Assembly (NCBI RefSeq): GCF_009914755.1
Contig: NC_060925.1
From: the human T2T-CHM13v2.0 reference genome, Homo sapiens
DNA: 64,000 nucleotides
Direction: 5' to 3' (one strand)
The translations under genes were made by a program, and so were the position numbers. Below the pieces are notes generated by a model, which did not search any database, was not told where the DNA came from, and worked only from the letters and a program-made list of their open reading frames with translations. This document shows, one piece after another, positions 44,900-58,869 of this stretch. How positions within the stretch are numbered: the stretch's first letter is position 1; each line of letters begins with the position of its first letter.

Positions 44900-47800
44900 T
44901 GGAATAATCATTGAACGGAATCGAATGGAATCGTCATCGGATGGAAATGAATGGAATCATCATCGAATGGAATCGAATAGAATTATGGAATGAAATCCAG
45001 TGTGATCATCATCGAATGGACCCGAATGGAATCATCTTCCAACGGAAGCTAATGGAATCAACATCGAATGAATCGAATGGAAACACCATCGAATTGAAAC
45101 GAATGGAATTACCATGAAATTGAAATGGATGGACTCATCATCGAATGGATTCGAATGGAATCATCGAATAAAATTGATTGAAATCATCATCGAATGGAAT
45201 CGAATGGTATCATTGAATGGAATCGAATGGAATCATCCTCAGATGGAAATGAATGAAATCGTCATAGAATGGAATCGAATGGATTCATTGAATGGAATCA
45301 GATGGAATCATCGAATGGACTGGAATGGAATCATTGAATGGACTCGAAAGGGATCATTATTGAATGGAATTGAATGGAATCATCGAATGGTCTCGATTGG
45401 AATCATTATCAAATGGAATCGAATGGAATCACCGAATAGAATCGAATGGAACAATCATCGAATGGACTCAAATGGAATTATCCTCAAATGGAATTGAATG
45501 GAATTATCGAATGCAATCGAATGGAATTATCGAATGCAATCGAATAGAATCATCGAATGGACTCGAATGGAATCATCGAATGGAATGGAATGGAACAGTC
45601 AATGAACTCGAATGGAATCATCATTGAATGGAATCGAATGGAATTATCGAGTGGAATCGAATGGAATTATGATCAAATGGAATCGAATGTAATCATCATC
45701 CAATGGAATCAAAAATAACCATCATCAATTGGTATTGAATGGAATTCTCATTAAATGGAATTCAAAGGAATCATCATCAAATGGAACTGAATGGAATCCT
45801 CATTGAATGGAAATGAAAGGGGTCATCATCTAATGGAATCGCATGGAATCATCATCAAATGGAATCGAATGGAATCATCATCAAATGGAATCTGAGGGAA
45901 TAATTGAACAGAATTGAATGGAATCGTCATCGAATGAATTGAATGCAATCATCGAATGGTCTCGAATGTAATCACATTCTAATGGAAAGGAATGGAATAA
46001 TCGCATAGAATCGAATGGAATTAACATTGAATGGACTCGAATGGAATCAACATCAAACGGAATCAAGCGGAATTATCGAATGGAATCGAAGAGAATCATC
46101 GAATGGACTCGAATGGAATCATCTAATGGAATGGAATGGAATAATCCACGGACCCGAATGCAATCATCATCGTATAGAATCGAATGGAATCATCGAATGG
46201 ACTCGAATGGAATAATCATTGAACGGATTCGAATGGAATCATCATCGGATGGAAACGAATGGAATCATCATCGAATGGAAATGAAAGGAGTCATCATCTA
46301 ATGGAATTGCATGGAATCATCATCAAATGGAATCGAATGGAATCAACATCAAATGGAATCAAATGGAATCATTGAACGGAATTGAATGGAATCGTCATCG
46401 AATGAATTGACTGCAATCATCGAATGGTCTCGAATGCAATCATCTTCAAATGGAATGGAATGGAATCATCGCATAGAATCGAATGGAATTATCATCGAAT
46501 GGAATCGAATGGAATCAACATCAAACGGAAAAAAACGGAATTATCGAATGGAATCGAAGAGAATCATCGAATGGACCCGAATGGAATCATCTAATGGAAT
46601 GGAATGGAATAATCCATGGACTCGAATGCAATCATCATCGAATGGAATCGAATGGAATCATCGAATGGACTCGAATGGAATAATCATTGAACGGAATCGA
46701 ATGGAATCGTCATCGGATGGAAATGAATGGAATCATCATCGAATGGAATCGAATAGAATTATGGAATGAAATCCAGTGTGATCATCATCGAATGGACCCG
46801 AATGGAATCATCATCCAACGGAAGCTAATGGAATCAACATCGAATGAATCGAATGGAAACACCATCGAATTGAAACGAATGGAATTACCATGAAATTGAA
46901 ATGGATGGACTCATCATCGAATGGATTCGAATGGAATCATCGAATAAAATTAATTGAAATCATCATCGAATGGTATCGAATGGTATCATTGAATGGAATC
47001 GAATGGAATCATCATCAGATGGAAATGAATGGAATCGTCATAGAATGGAATCGAATGGATTCATTGAATGGAATCAGATGGAATCATCGAATGGACTGGA
47101 ATGGAATCATTGAATGGACACGAAAGGGATCATTATTGAATGGAATTGAATGGAATCATCGAATGGTCTCGATTGGAATCATTATCACATGGAATCGAAT
47201 GGAATCACCGAATAGAATCGAATGGAACAATCATCGAATGGACTCAAATGGAATTATCCTCAAATGGAATCGAATGGAATTATCAAATGCAATCGAATGG
47301 AATTATCGAATGCAATCGAATAGAATCATCGAATGGACTCGAATGGAATCATCGAATGGAATGGAATGGAACAGTCAATGAACTCGAATGGAATCATCAT
47401 TGAATGGAATCGAATGGAATCATCGAGTGGAATCGAATGGAATTATGATCAAATGGAATCGAATATAATCATCATCAAATGGAATCAAAAATAACCATCA
47501 TCAATTGGTACTGAATGGAATTGTCATCAAATGGAATTCAAAGGAATCATCATCAAATGGAACTGAATGGAATCCTCATTGAATGGAAATGAAAGGGGTC
47601 ATCATCTAATGGAATCGCATGGAATCATCATCAAATGGAATCGAATGGAATCATCATCAAATTGAATCTAATGGAATCATTGAAAAGAATTGAATGGAAT
47701 CATCATCGAATGAATTGAATGCAATCATCGATTGGTCTCGAATGGAATCATCTTCTAATGGAAAGGAATGGAATCATCGCATAGAATCGAATGGAATTAT

Positions 47801-49740
47801 CATCGAATGGAATCGAATGGTATCAACACCAAACGGAAAAAAACGGAATTATCGAATGGAATCGAAGAGAATCTTCGAACGGACCCGAATGGAATCATCT
47901 AATGGAATGGAATGGAATAATCCATGGACTCGAATGCAATCATCATCGAATGGAATCGAATGGAATCATCGAATGGACTCGAATGGAATAATCATTGAAC
48001 GGAATCGAATGGAATCATCATCGGATGGAAATGAAAGGAGTCATCATCTAATGGAATTGCATGGAATCATCATAAAATGGAATCGAATGGAATCAACATC
48101 AAATGGAATCAAATGGAATCATTGAACGGAATTGAATGGAATCGTCATCGAATGAATTGAATGCAATCATCGAATGGTCTCGAATGGAATCATCTTCAAA
48201 TGGAAGGAATGGAATCATCGCATAGAATCGAATGGAATTATCATCGAATGGAATCGAATGGAATCAACATCAAACGGAAAAAAACGGAATTATCGAATGG
48301 AATCGAAGAGAATCATCGAATGGACCCGAATGGAATCATCTAATGGAATGCAATGGAATAATCCATGGACTCGAATGCAATCATCATCGAATGGAATCGA
48401 ATGGAATCATCGAATGGACTCGAATGGAATAATCATTGAACGGAATCGAATGGAATCGTCATCGGATGGAAATGAATGGAATCATCATCGAATGGAATCG
48501 AATAGAATTATGGAATGAAATCCAGTGTGATCATCATCGAATGGACCCGAATGGAATCATCTTCCAACGGAAGCTAATGGAATCAACATCGAATGAATCG
48601 AATGGAAACACCATCGTATTGAAACGAATGGAATTACCATGAAATTGAAATGGATGGACTCATCATCGAATGGATTCGAATGGAATCATCGAATAAAATT
48701 GATTGAAATCATCATCGAATGGAATCGAATGGTATCATTGAATGGAATCGAATGGAATCATCCTCAGATGGAAATGAATGGAATCGTCATAGATGGAATC
48801 GAATGAATTCATTGAATGGAATCAGATGGAATCATCGAATGGACTGGAATGGAATCATTGAATGGACTCGAAAGGGATCATTATTGAATGGAATTGAATG
48901 GAATCATCGAATGGTCTCGATTGGAATCATTATCAAATGGAATCGAATGGAATCACCGAATAGAATCGAATGGAACAATCATCGAATGGACTCAAATGGA
49001 ATTATCCTCAAATGGAATTGAATGGAATTATCGAATGCAATCGAATGGAATTATCGAATGCAATCGAATAGAATCATCGAATGGACTCAAATGGAATCAT
49101 CGAATGGAATGGAATGGAACAGTCAATGAACTCGAATGGAATCATCATTGAATGGAATCGAATGGAATCATCGAGTGGAATCGAATGGAATTATGATCAA
49201 ATGGAATCGAATGTAATCATCATCCAATGGAATCAAAAATAACCATCATCAATTGGTATTGAATGGAATTCTCATTAAATGGAATTCAAAGGAATCATCA
49301 TCAAATGGAACTGAATGGAATCCTCATTGAATGGAAATGAAAGGGGTCATCATCTAATGGAATCGCATGGAATCATCATCAAATGGAATCGAATGGAATC
49401 ATCTTCAAATGGAATCTGAGGGAATCATTGAACAGAATTGAATGGAATCGTCATCGAATGAATTGAATGCAATCATCGAATGGTCTCGAATGTAATCACA
49501 TTCTAATGGAAAGGAATGGAATAATCGCATAGAATCGAATGGAATTAACATTGAATGGACTCGAATGGAATCAACATCAAACGGAATCAAGCGGAATTAT
49601 CGAATGGAATCGAAGAGAATCATCGAATGGACTCGAATGGAATCATCTAATGGAATGGAATGGAATAATCCACGGACCCGAATGCAATCATCATCGTATA
49701 GAATCGAATGGAATCATCGAATGGACTCGAATGGAATAAT
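44900..49740 (+). repeat. Duplicated ~1.3-kb variant segment at offset ~3524 bp (about 44900-46215 and 48430-49740)
   Basis: Shared atcttccaac, tcctcagat, catccaatggaatcaaaa, attctcattaaa, tctgagggaa, gtaatcacatt, ccacggacccg; ORF starts 45364/48888 and 46015/49539. Confidence 0.85.
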
Positions 49741-50409
49741 CACTGAACGGAATCGAATGGAATCATCATCAGATGGAAATGAATGGAATCATCATCGAAT
49801 GGAATCGAATAGAATTATGGAATGAAATCCAGTGTGATCATCATCGAATGGACCCAAATGGAATCATCATCCAACGGAATCTAATGGAATCAACATCGAA
49901 TGAATCGAATGGAAACACCATCGAATTGAAACGAATGGAATTATCATGAAATTGAAATGGATGGACTCATCATCGAATGGATTCGAATGGAATCATCGAA
50001 TAAAATTGATTGAAATCATCATCAAATGGAATCGAATGGTATCATTGAATGGAATCGAATGGAATCATCATCAGATGGAAATGAATGGAATCGTCATAGA
50101 ATGGAATCGAATGGATTCATTGAATGGAATCAGATGGAATCATCGAATGGACTGGAATGGAATCCTTGAATGGACTCGAAAGGGATCATTATTGAATGGA
50201 ATTGAATGGAATCATCGAATGGTCTCGATTGGAATCATTATCAAATGGAATCGAATGGAATCACCGAATAGAATCGAATGGAACAATCATCGAATGGACT
50301 CAAATGGAATTATCCTCAAATGGAATGGAATGGAATTATCGAATGCAATCGAATAGAATCATCGAATGGACTCGAATGGAATCATCGAATGTAATGGAAT
50401 GGAACTGTC

Positions 50410-53400
50410 AATGAACTCGAATGGAATCATCATTGAATGGAATCGAATGGAATCATCGAGTGGAATCGAATGGAATTATGATCAAATGGAATCTAATGTA
50501 ATCATCATCAAATGGAATCAAAAATAACCATCATCAATTGGTACTGAATGGAATTGTCATCAAATGGAATTCAAAGGAATCATCATCAAATGGAACTGAA
50601 TGGAATCCTCATTGAATGGAAATGAAAGGTGTCATCATCTAATGGAATCGCATGGAATCATCATCAAATGGAATCGAATGGAATCATCATCAAATGGAAT
50701 CTGATGGAATCATTGAACAGAATTGAATGGAATCGTCATCGAATGAATTGAATGCAATCATCGAATGGTCTCGAATGTAATCACATTCTAATGGAAAGGA
50801 ATGGAATCATCGCATAGAATCGAATGAAATTAACATTGAATGGACTCGAATGGAATCAACATCAAACGGAATCAAGCGGAATTATCGAATGGAATCGAAG
50901 AGAATCATCGAATGGTCTCGAATGGAATCATCTTCTAATGGAAAGGAATGGAATCATCGCATAGAATCGAATGGAATTAACATTGAATGGACTCGAATGG
51001 AATCAACATCAAATGGAATCAAGCGGAATTATCGAATGAAATCGAAGAGAATCATCGAATGGACTCGAATGGAATCATCTAATGGAATGGAATGGAATAA
51101 TCCATGGACCCGAATGCAATCATCATCGTATAAAATCGAATGGAATCATCGAATGGACTCGAATGGAATAACCATTGAACGGAATCGAATGGAATCATCA
51201 TCGGATGGAAACGAATGGAATCATCATCGAATGGAAATGTAAGGAGTCATCATCTAATGGAATCGCATGGAATCATCATAAAATGGAATCGAATGGAATC
51301 ATCATCAAATGGAATCAAATGGAATCATTGAACGGAATTGAATGGAATCGTCATCGAATGAATTGAATGCAATCATCGAATGGTCTCGAATGGAATCAAC
51401 TTCAAATGGAATGGAATGGAATCATCGCATAGAATCGAATGGAATTATCATCGAATGGAATCGAATGGTATCAACACCAAACGGAAAAAAACAGAATTAT
51501 CGAATGGAATCGAAGAGAATCTTCGAACGGACCCGAATGGAATCATCTAATGGAATGGAATGGAATAATCCATGGACTCGAATGCAATCATCATCGAATG
51601 GAATCGAATGGAATCATCGAATGGACTCGAATGGAATAATCATTGAACGGAATCGAATGGAATCATCATCGGATGGAAACGAATGGAATCATCATCGAAT
51701 GGAAATGAAAGGAGTCATCATCTAATGGAATTGCATGGAATCATCATAAAATGGAATCGAATGGAATCAACATCAAATGGAATCAAATGGAATCATTGAA
51801 CGGAATTGAATGGAATCGTCATCGAATGAATTGACTGCAATCATCGAATGGTCTCGAATGGAATCATCTTCAAATGGAATGGAATGGAATCATCGCATAG
51901 AATCGAATGGAATTATCATCGAATGGAATCGAATGGAATCAACATCAAACGGAAAAAAACGGAATTATCGAATGGAATCGAAGAGAATCATCGAATGGAC
52001 CCGAATGGAATCATCTAATGGAATGGAATGGAATAATCCATGGACTCGAATGCAATCATCATCCAATGGAATCGAATGGAATCATCGAATGGACTCGAAT
52101 GGAATAATCATTGAACGGAATCGAATGGAATCATCATCGGATGGAAATGAATGGAATCATCATCGAATGGAATCGAATAGAATTATGGAATGAAATCCAG
52201 TGTGATCATCATCGAATGGACCCGAATGGAATCATCATCCAACGGAAGCTAATGGAATCAACATCGAATGAATCAAATGGAAACACCATCGAATTGAAAC
52301 GAATGGAATTACCATGAAATTGAAATGGATGGACTCATCATCGAATGGATTCGAATGGAATCATCGAATAAAATTGATTGAAATCATCATCGAATGGAAT
52401 CGAATGGTATCATTGAATGGAATCGAATGGAATCATCATCAGATGGAAATGAATGGAATCGTCATAGAATGGAATCGAATGGATTCATTGAATGGAATCA
52501 GATGGAATCATCGAATGGACTGGAATGGAATCATTGAATGGACTCGAAAGGGATCATGATTGAATGGAATTGAATGGAATCATCGAATGGTCTCGATTGG
52601 AATCATTATCAAATGGAATCGAATGGAATCACCGAATAGAATCGAATGGAACAATCATCGAATGGACTCAAATGGAACTATCCTCAAATGGAATGGAATG
52701 GAATTATCGAATGCAATCGAATGGAATTATCGAATGCAATCGAATAGAATCATCGAATGGACTCGAATGGAATCATCGAATGGAATGGAATGGAACAGTC
52801 AATGAACTCGAATGGAATCATCATTGAATGGAATCGAATGGAATCATCGAGTGGAATCGAATGGAATTATGATCAAATGGAATCGAATGTAATCATCATC
52901 AAATGAAATCAAAAATAACCATCATCAATTGGTATTGAATGGAATTGTCATCAAATGGAATTCAAAGGAATCATCATCAAATGGAACCGAATGGAATCCT
53001 CATTGAATGGAAATGAAAGGGGTCATCATCTAATGGAATCGCATGGAATCATCATCAAATGGAATCGAATGGAATCATCATCAAATGGAATCTAATGGAA
53101 TCATTGAAAAGAATTGAATGGAATCGTCATCGAATGAATTGACTGCAATCATCGAATGGTCTCGAATGGAATCATCTTCAAATGGAATGGAATGGAATCA
53201 TCGCATAGAATCGAATGGAATTATCATCGAATGGAATCGAATGGTATCAACACCAAACGGAAAAAAACGGAATTATCGAATGGAATCGAAGAGAATCATC
53301 GAATGGACCCGAATGGAATCATCTAATGGAATGGAATGGAATAATCCATGGACTCGAATGCAATCATCATCGAATGGAATCGAATGGAATCATCGAATGG

Positions 53401-56400
53401 ACTCGAATGGAATAATCATTGAACGGAATCGAATGGAATCATCATCGGATGGAAATGAATGGAATCATCATCGAATGGAATCGAATAGAATTATGGAATG
53501 AAATCCAGTGTGATCATCATCGAATGGACCCGAATGGAATCATCATCCAACGGAAGCTAATGGAATCAACATCGAATGAATCAAATGGAAACACCATCGA
53601 ATTGAAACGAATGGAATTATCATGAAATTGAAATGGATGGACTCATCATCGAATGGATTCGAAAGGAATCATCGAATAAAATTGATTGAAATCATCATCG
53701 AATGGAATCGAATGGTATCATTGAATGGAATCGAATGGAATCATCATCAGATGGAAATGAATGGAATCGTCATAGAATGGAATCGAATGGATTCATTGAA
53801 TGGAATCAGATGGAATCATCGAATGGACTGGAATGGAATCATTGAATGGACTCGAAAGGGATCATTATTGAATGGAATTGAATGGAATCATCGAATGGTC
53901 TCGATTGGAATCATTATCAAATGGAATCGAATGGAATCACCGAATAGAATCGAATGGAACAATCATCGAATGGACTCAAATGGAATTATCCTCCAATGGA
54001 ATCGAATGGAATTATCGAATGCAATCGAATGGAATTATCGAATGCAATCGAATAGAATCATCGAATGGACTCGAATGGAATCATCGAATGGAATGGAATG
54101 GAACAGTCAATGAACTCGAATGGAATCATCATTGAATGGAATCGAATGGAATCATCGAGTGGAATCGAATGGAATTATGATCAAATGGAATCGAATGTAA
54201 TCATCATCAAATGGAATCAAAAATAACCATCATCAATTGGTATTGAATGGAATTGTCATCAAATGGAATTCAAAGGAATCATCATCAAATGGAACCGAAT
54301 GGAATCCTCATTGAATGGAAATGAAAGGGGTCATCATCTAATGGAATCGCATGGAATCATCATCAAATGGAATCGAATGGAATCATCATCAAATGGAATC
54401 TAATGGAATCATTGAACAGAATTGAATGGAATCGTCATCGATTGAATTGAATGCAATCATCGAATGGTCTCGAATGGAATCATCTTCTAATGGAAAGGAA
54501 TGGAATCATCGCATAGAATCGAATGGAATTATCATCGAATGGAATCGAATGGTATCAACACCAAACGGAAAAAAACGGAATTATCGAATGGAATCGAAGA
54601 GAATCTTCGAACGGACCCGAATGGAATCATCTAATGGAATGGAATGGAATAATCCATGGACTCGAATGCAATCATCATCGAATGGAATCGAATGGAATCA
54701 TCGAATGGACTCGAATGGAATAATCATTGAACGGAATCGAATGGAATCATCATCGGATGGAAACGAATGGAATCATCATCGAATGGAAATGAAAGGAGTC
54801 ATCATCTAATGGAATTGCATGGAATCATCATAAAATGGAATCGAATGGAATCAACATCAAATCGAATCAAACGGAATCATTGAACGGAATTGAATGGAAT
54901 CGTCATCGAATGAATTGACTGCAATCATCGAATGGTCTCGAATGGAATCATCTTCAAATGGAATGGAATGGAATCATCGCATAGAATCGAATGGAATTAT
55001 CACCGAATGGAATCGAATGGAATCAACATCAAACGGAAAAAAACGGAATTATCGAATGGAATCGAAGAGAATCATCGAATGGACCCGAATGGAATCATCT
55101 AATGGAATGGAATGGAATAATCCATGGACTCGAATGCAATCATCATCGAATGGAATCGAATGGAATCATCGAATGAACTCGAATGGAATCATCATTGAAT
55201 GGAATCGAATGGAATCATCGAGTGGAATCGAATGGAATTATGATCAAATGGAATCGAATGTAATCATCATCAAATGGAATCAAAAATAACCATCATCAAT
55301 TGGTACTGAATGGAATTGTCATCAAATGGAATTCAAAGGAATCATCATCAAATGGAACTGAATGGAATCCTCATTGAATGGAAATGAAAGGTGTCATCAT
55401 CTAATGGAATCGCATGGAATCATCATCAAATGGAATCGAATGGAATCATCATCAAATGGAATCTGATGGAATCATTGAACAGAATTGAATGGAATCGTCA
55501 TCGAATGAATTGAATGCAATCATCGAATGGTCTCGAATGTAATCACATTCTAATGGAAAGGAATGGAATCATCGCATAGAATCGAATGAAATTAACATTG
55601 AATGGACTCGAATGGAATCAACATCAAACGGAATCAAGCGGAATTATCGAATGGAATCGAAGAGAATCATCGAATGGTCTCGAATGGAATCATCTTCTAA
55701 TGGAAAGGAATGGAATCATCGCATAGAATCGAATGGAATTAACATTGAATGGACTCGAATGGAATCAACATCAAATGGAATCAAGCGGAATTATCGAATG
55801 AAATCGAAGAGAATCATCGAATGGACTCGAATGGAATCATCTAATGGAATGGAATGGAATAATCCATGGACCCGAATGCAATCATCATCGTATAAAATCG
55901 AATGGAATCATCGAATGGACTCGAATGGAATAACCATTGAACGGAATCGAATGGAATCATCATCGGATGGAAACGAATGGAATCATCATCGAATGGAAAT
56001 GTAAGGAGTCATCATCTAATGGAATCGCATGGAATCATCATAAAATGGAATCGAATGGAATCATCATCAAATGGAATCAAATGGAATCATTGAACGGAAT
56101 TGAATGGAATCGTCATCGAATGAATTGAATGCAATCATCGAATGGTCTCGAATGGAATCAACTTCAAATGGAATGGAATGGAATCATCGCATAGAATCGA
56201 ATGGAATTATCATCGAATGGAATCGAATGGTATCAACACCAAACGGAAAAAAACAGAATTATCGAATGGAATCGAAGAGAATCTTCGAACGGACCCGAAT
56301 GGAATCATCTAATGGAATGGAATGGAATAATCCATGGACTCGAATGCAATCATCATCGAATGGAATCGAATGGAATCATCGAATGGACTCGAATGGAATA

Positions 56401-58740
56401 ATCATTGAACGGAATCGAATGGAATCATCATCGGATGGAAACGAATGGAATCATCATCGAATGGAAATGAAAGGAGTCATCATCTAATGGAATTGCATGG
56501 AATCATCATAAAATGGAATCGAATGGAATCAACATCAAATGGAATCAAATGGAATCATTGAACGGAATTGAATGGAATCGTCATCGAATGAATTGACTGC
56601 AATCATCGAATGGTCTCGAATGGAATCATCTTCAAATGGAATGGAATGGAATCATCGCATAGAATCGAATGGAATTATCATCGAATGGAATCGAATGGAA
56701 TCAACATCAAACGGAAAAAAACGGAATTATCGAATGGAATCGAAGAGAATCATCGAATGGACCCGAATGGAATCATCTAATGGAATGGAATGGAATAATC
56801 CATGGACTCGAATGCAATCATCATCCAATGGAATCGAATGGAATCATCGAATGGACTCGAATGGAATAATCATTGAACGGAATCGAATGGAATCATCATC
56901 GGATGGAAATGAATGGAATCATCATCGAATGGAATCGAATAGAATTATGGAATGAAATCCAGTGTGATCATCATCGAATGGACCCGAATGGAATCATCAT
57001 CCAACGGAAGCTAATGGAATCAACATCGAATGAATCAAATGGAAACACCATCGAATTGAAACGAATGGAATTACCATGAAATTGAAATGGATGGACTCAT
57101 CATCGAATGGATTCGAATGGAATCATCGAATAAAATTGATTGAAATCATCATCGAATGGAATCGAATGGTATCATTGAATGGAATCGAATGGAATCATCA
57201 TCAGATGGAAATGAATGGAATCGTCATAGAATGGAATCGAATGGATTCATTGAATGGAATCAGATGGAATCATCGAATGGACTGGAATGGAATCATTGAA
57301 TGGACTCGAAAGGGATCATGATTGAATGGAATTGAATGGAATCATCGAATGGTCTCGATTGGAATCATTATCAAATGGAATCGAATGGAATCACCGAATA
57401 GAATCGAATGGAACAATCATCGAATGGACTCAAATGGAACTATCCTCAAATGGAATGGAATGGAATTATCGAATGCAATCGAATGGAATTATCGAATGCA
57501 ATCGAATAGAATCATCGAATGGACTCGAATGGAATCATCGAATGGAATGGAATGGAACAGTCAATGAACTCGAATGGAATCATCATTGAATGGAATCGAA
57601 TGGAATCATCGAGTGGAATCGAATGGAATTATGATCAAATGGAATCGAATGTAATCATCATCAAATGAAATCAAAAATAACCATCATCAATTGGTATTGA
57701 ATGGAATTGTCATCAAATGGAATTCAAAGGAATCATCATCAAATGGAACCGAATGGAATCCTCATTGAATGGAAATGAAAGGGGTCATCATCTAATGGAA
57801 TCGCATGGAATCATCATCAAATGGAATCGAATGGAATCATCATCAAATGGAATCTAATGGAATCATGGAAAAGAATTGAATGGAATCGTCATCGAATGAA
57901 TTGACTGCAATCATCGAATGGTCTCGAATGGAATCATCTTCAAATGGAATGGAATGGAATCATCGCATAGAATCGAATGGAATTATCATCGAATGGAATC
58001 GAATGGTATCAACACCAAACGGAAAAAAACGGAATTATCGAATGGAATCGAAGAGAATCATCGAATGGACCCGAATGGAATCATCTAATGGAATGGAATG
58101 GAATAATCCATGGACTCGAATGCAATCATCATCGAATGGAATCGAATGGAATCATCGAATGGACTCGAATGGAATAATCATTGAACGGAATCGAATGGAA
58201 TCATCATCGGATGGAAATGAATGGAATCATCATCGAATGGAATCGAATAGAATTATGGAATGAAATCCAGTGTGATCATCATCGAATGGACCCGAATGGA
58301 ATCATCATCCAACGGAAGCTAATGGAATCAACATCGAATGAATCAAATGGAAACACCATCGAATTGAAACGAATGGAATTATCATGAAATTGAAATGGAT
58401 GGACTCATCATCGAATGGATTCGAAAGGAATCATCGAATAAAATTGATTGAAATCATCATCGAATGGAATCGAATGGTATCATTGAATGGAATCGAATGG
58501 AATCATCATCAGATGGAAATGAATGGAATCGTCATAGAATGGAATCGAATGGATTCATTGAATGGAATCAGATGGAATCATCGAATGGACTGGAATGGAA
58601 TCATTGAATGGACTCGAAAGGGATCATTATTGAATGGAATTGAATGGAATCATCGAATGGTCTCGATTGGAATCATTATCAAATGGAATCGAATGGAATC
58701 ACCGAATAGAATCGAATGGAACAATCATCGAATGGACTCA
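50410..58740 (+). repeat. Duplication at offset 4762 bp (about 50410-53980 and 55172-58740)
   Basis: Matching variant ORFs 50850/55612, 51342/56104, 51810/56572, 52560/57322, 53118/57880, 53622/58384 (the last pair diverges near its end); shared ggtactgaatg, aaaggtgtc, atgtaaggag, aaatgaaatcaaaa, ttcgaaagg. Confidence 0.92.
50756..51049 (+). repeat. 147-bp tandem duplication inside a divergent subrepeat (repeated at 55518-55811)
   Basis: aatcatcgaatggtctcg at 50756 and 50903; aattaacattgaatggactcg...aatcaagcgg occurs twice in succession. Confidence 0.9.
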
Positions 58741-58869
58741 AATGGAACTATCCTCAAATGGAATCGAATGGAATTATCGAATGCAATCGAATGGAATTAT
58801 CGAATGCAATCGAATAGAATCATCGAATGGACTCGAATGGAATCATCGAATGGAATGGAATGGAACAGT

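Noticed and set aside
45881-49590. Two minus-strand 61-aa ORFs (MIPFDVDSIRVHS...)
   Set aside because: They arise from chance substitutions in the duplicated A' segment; the + strand stays GAATG-oriented, so they indicate neither a gene nor an inversion.
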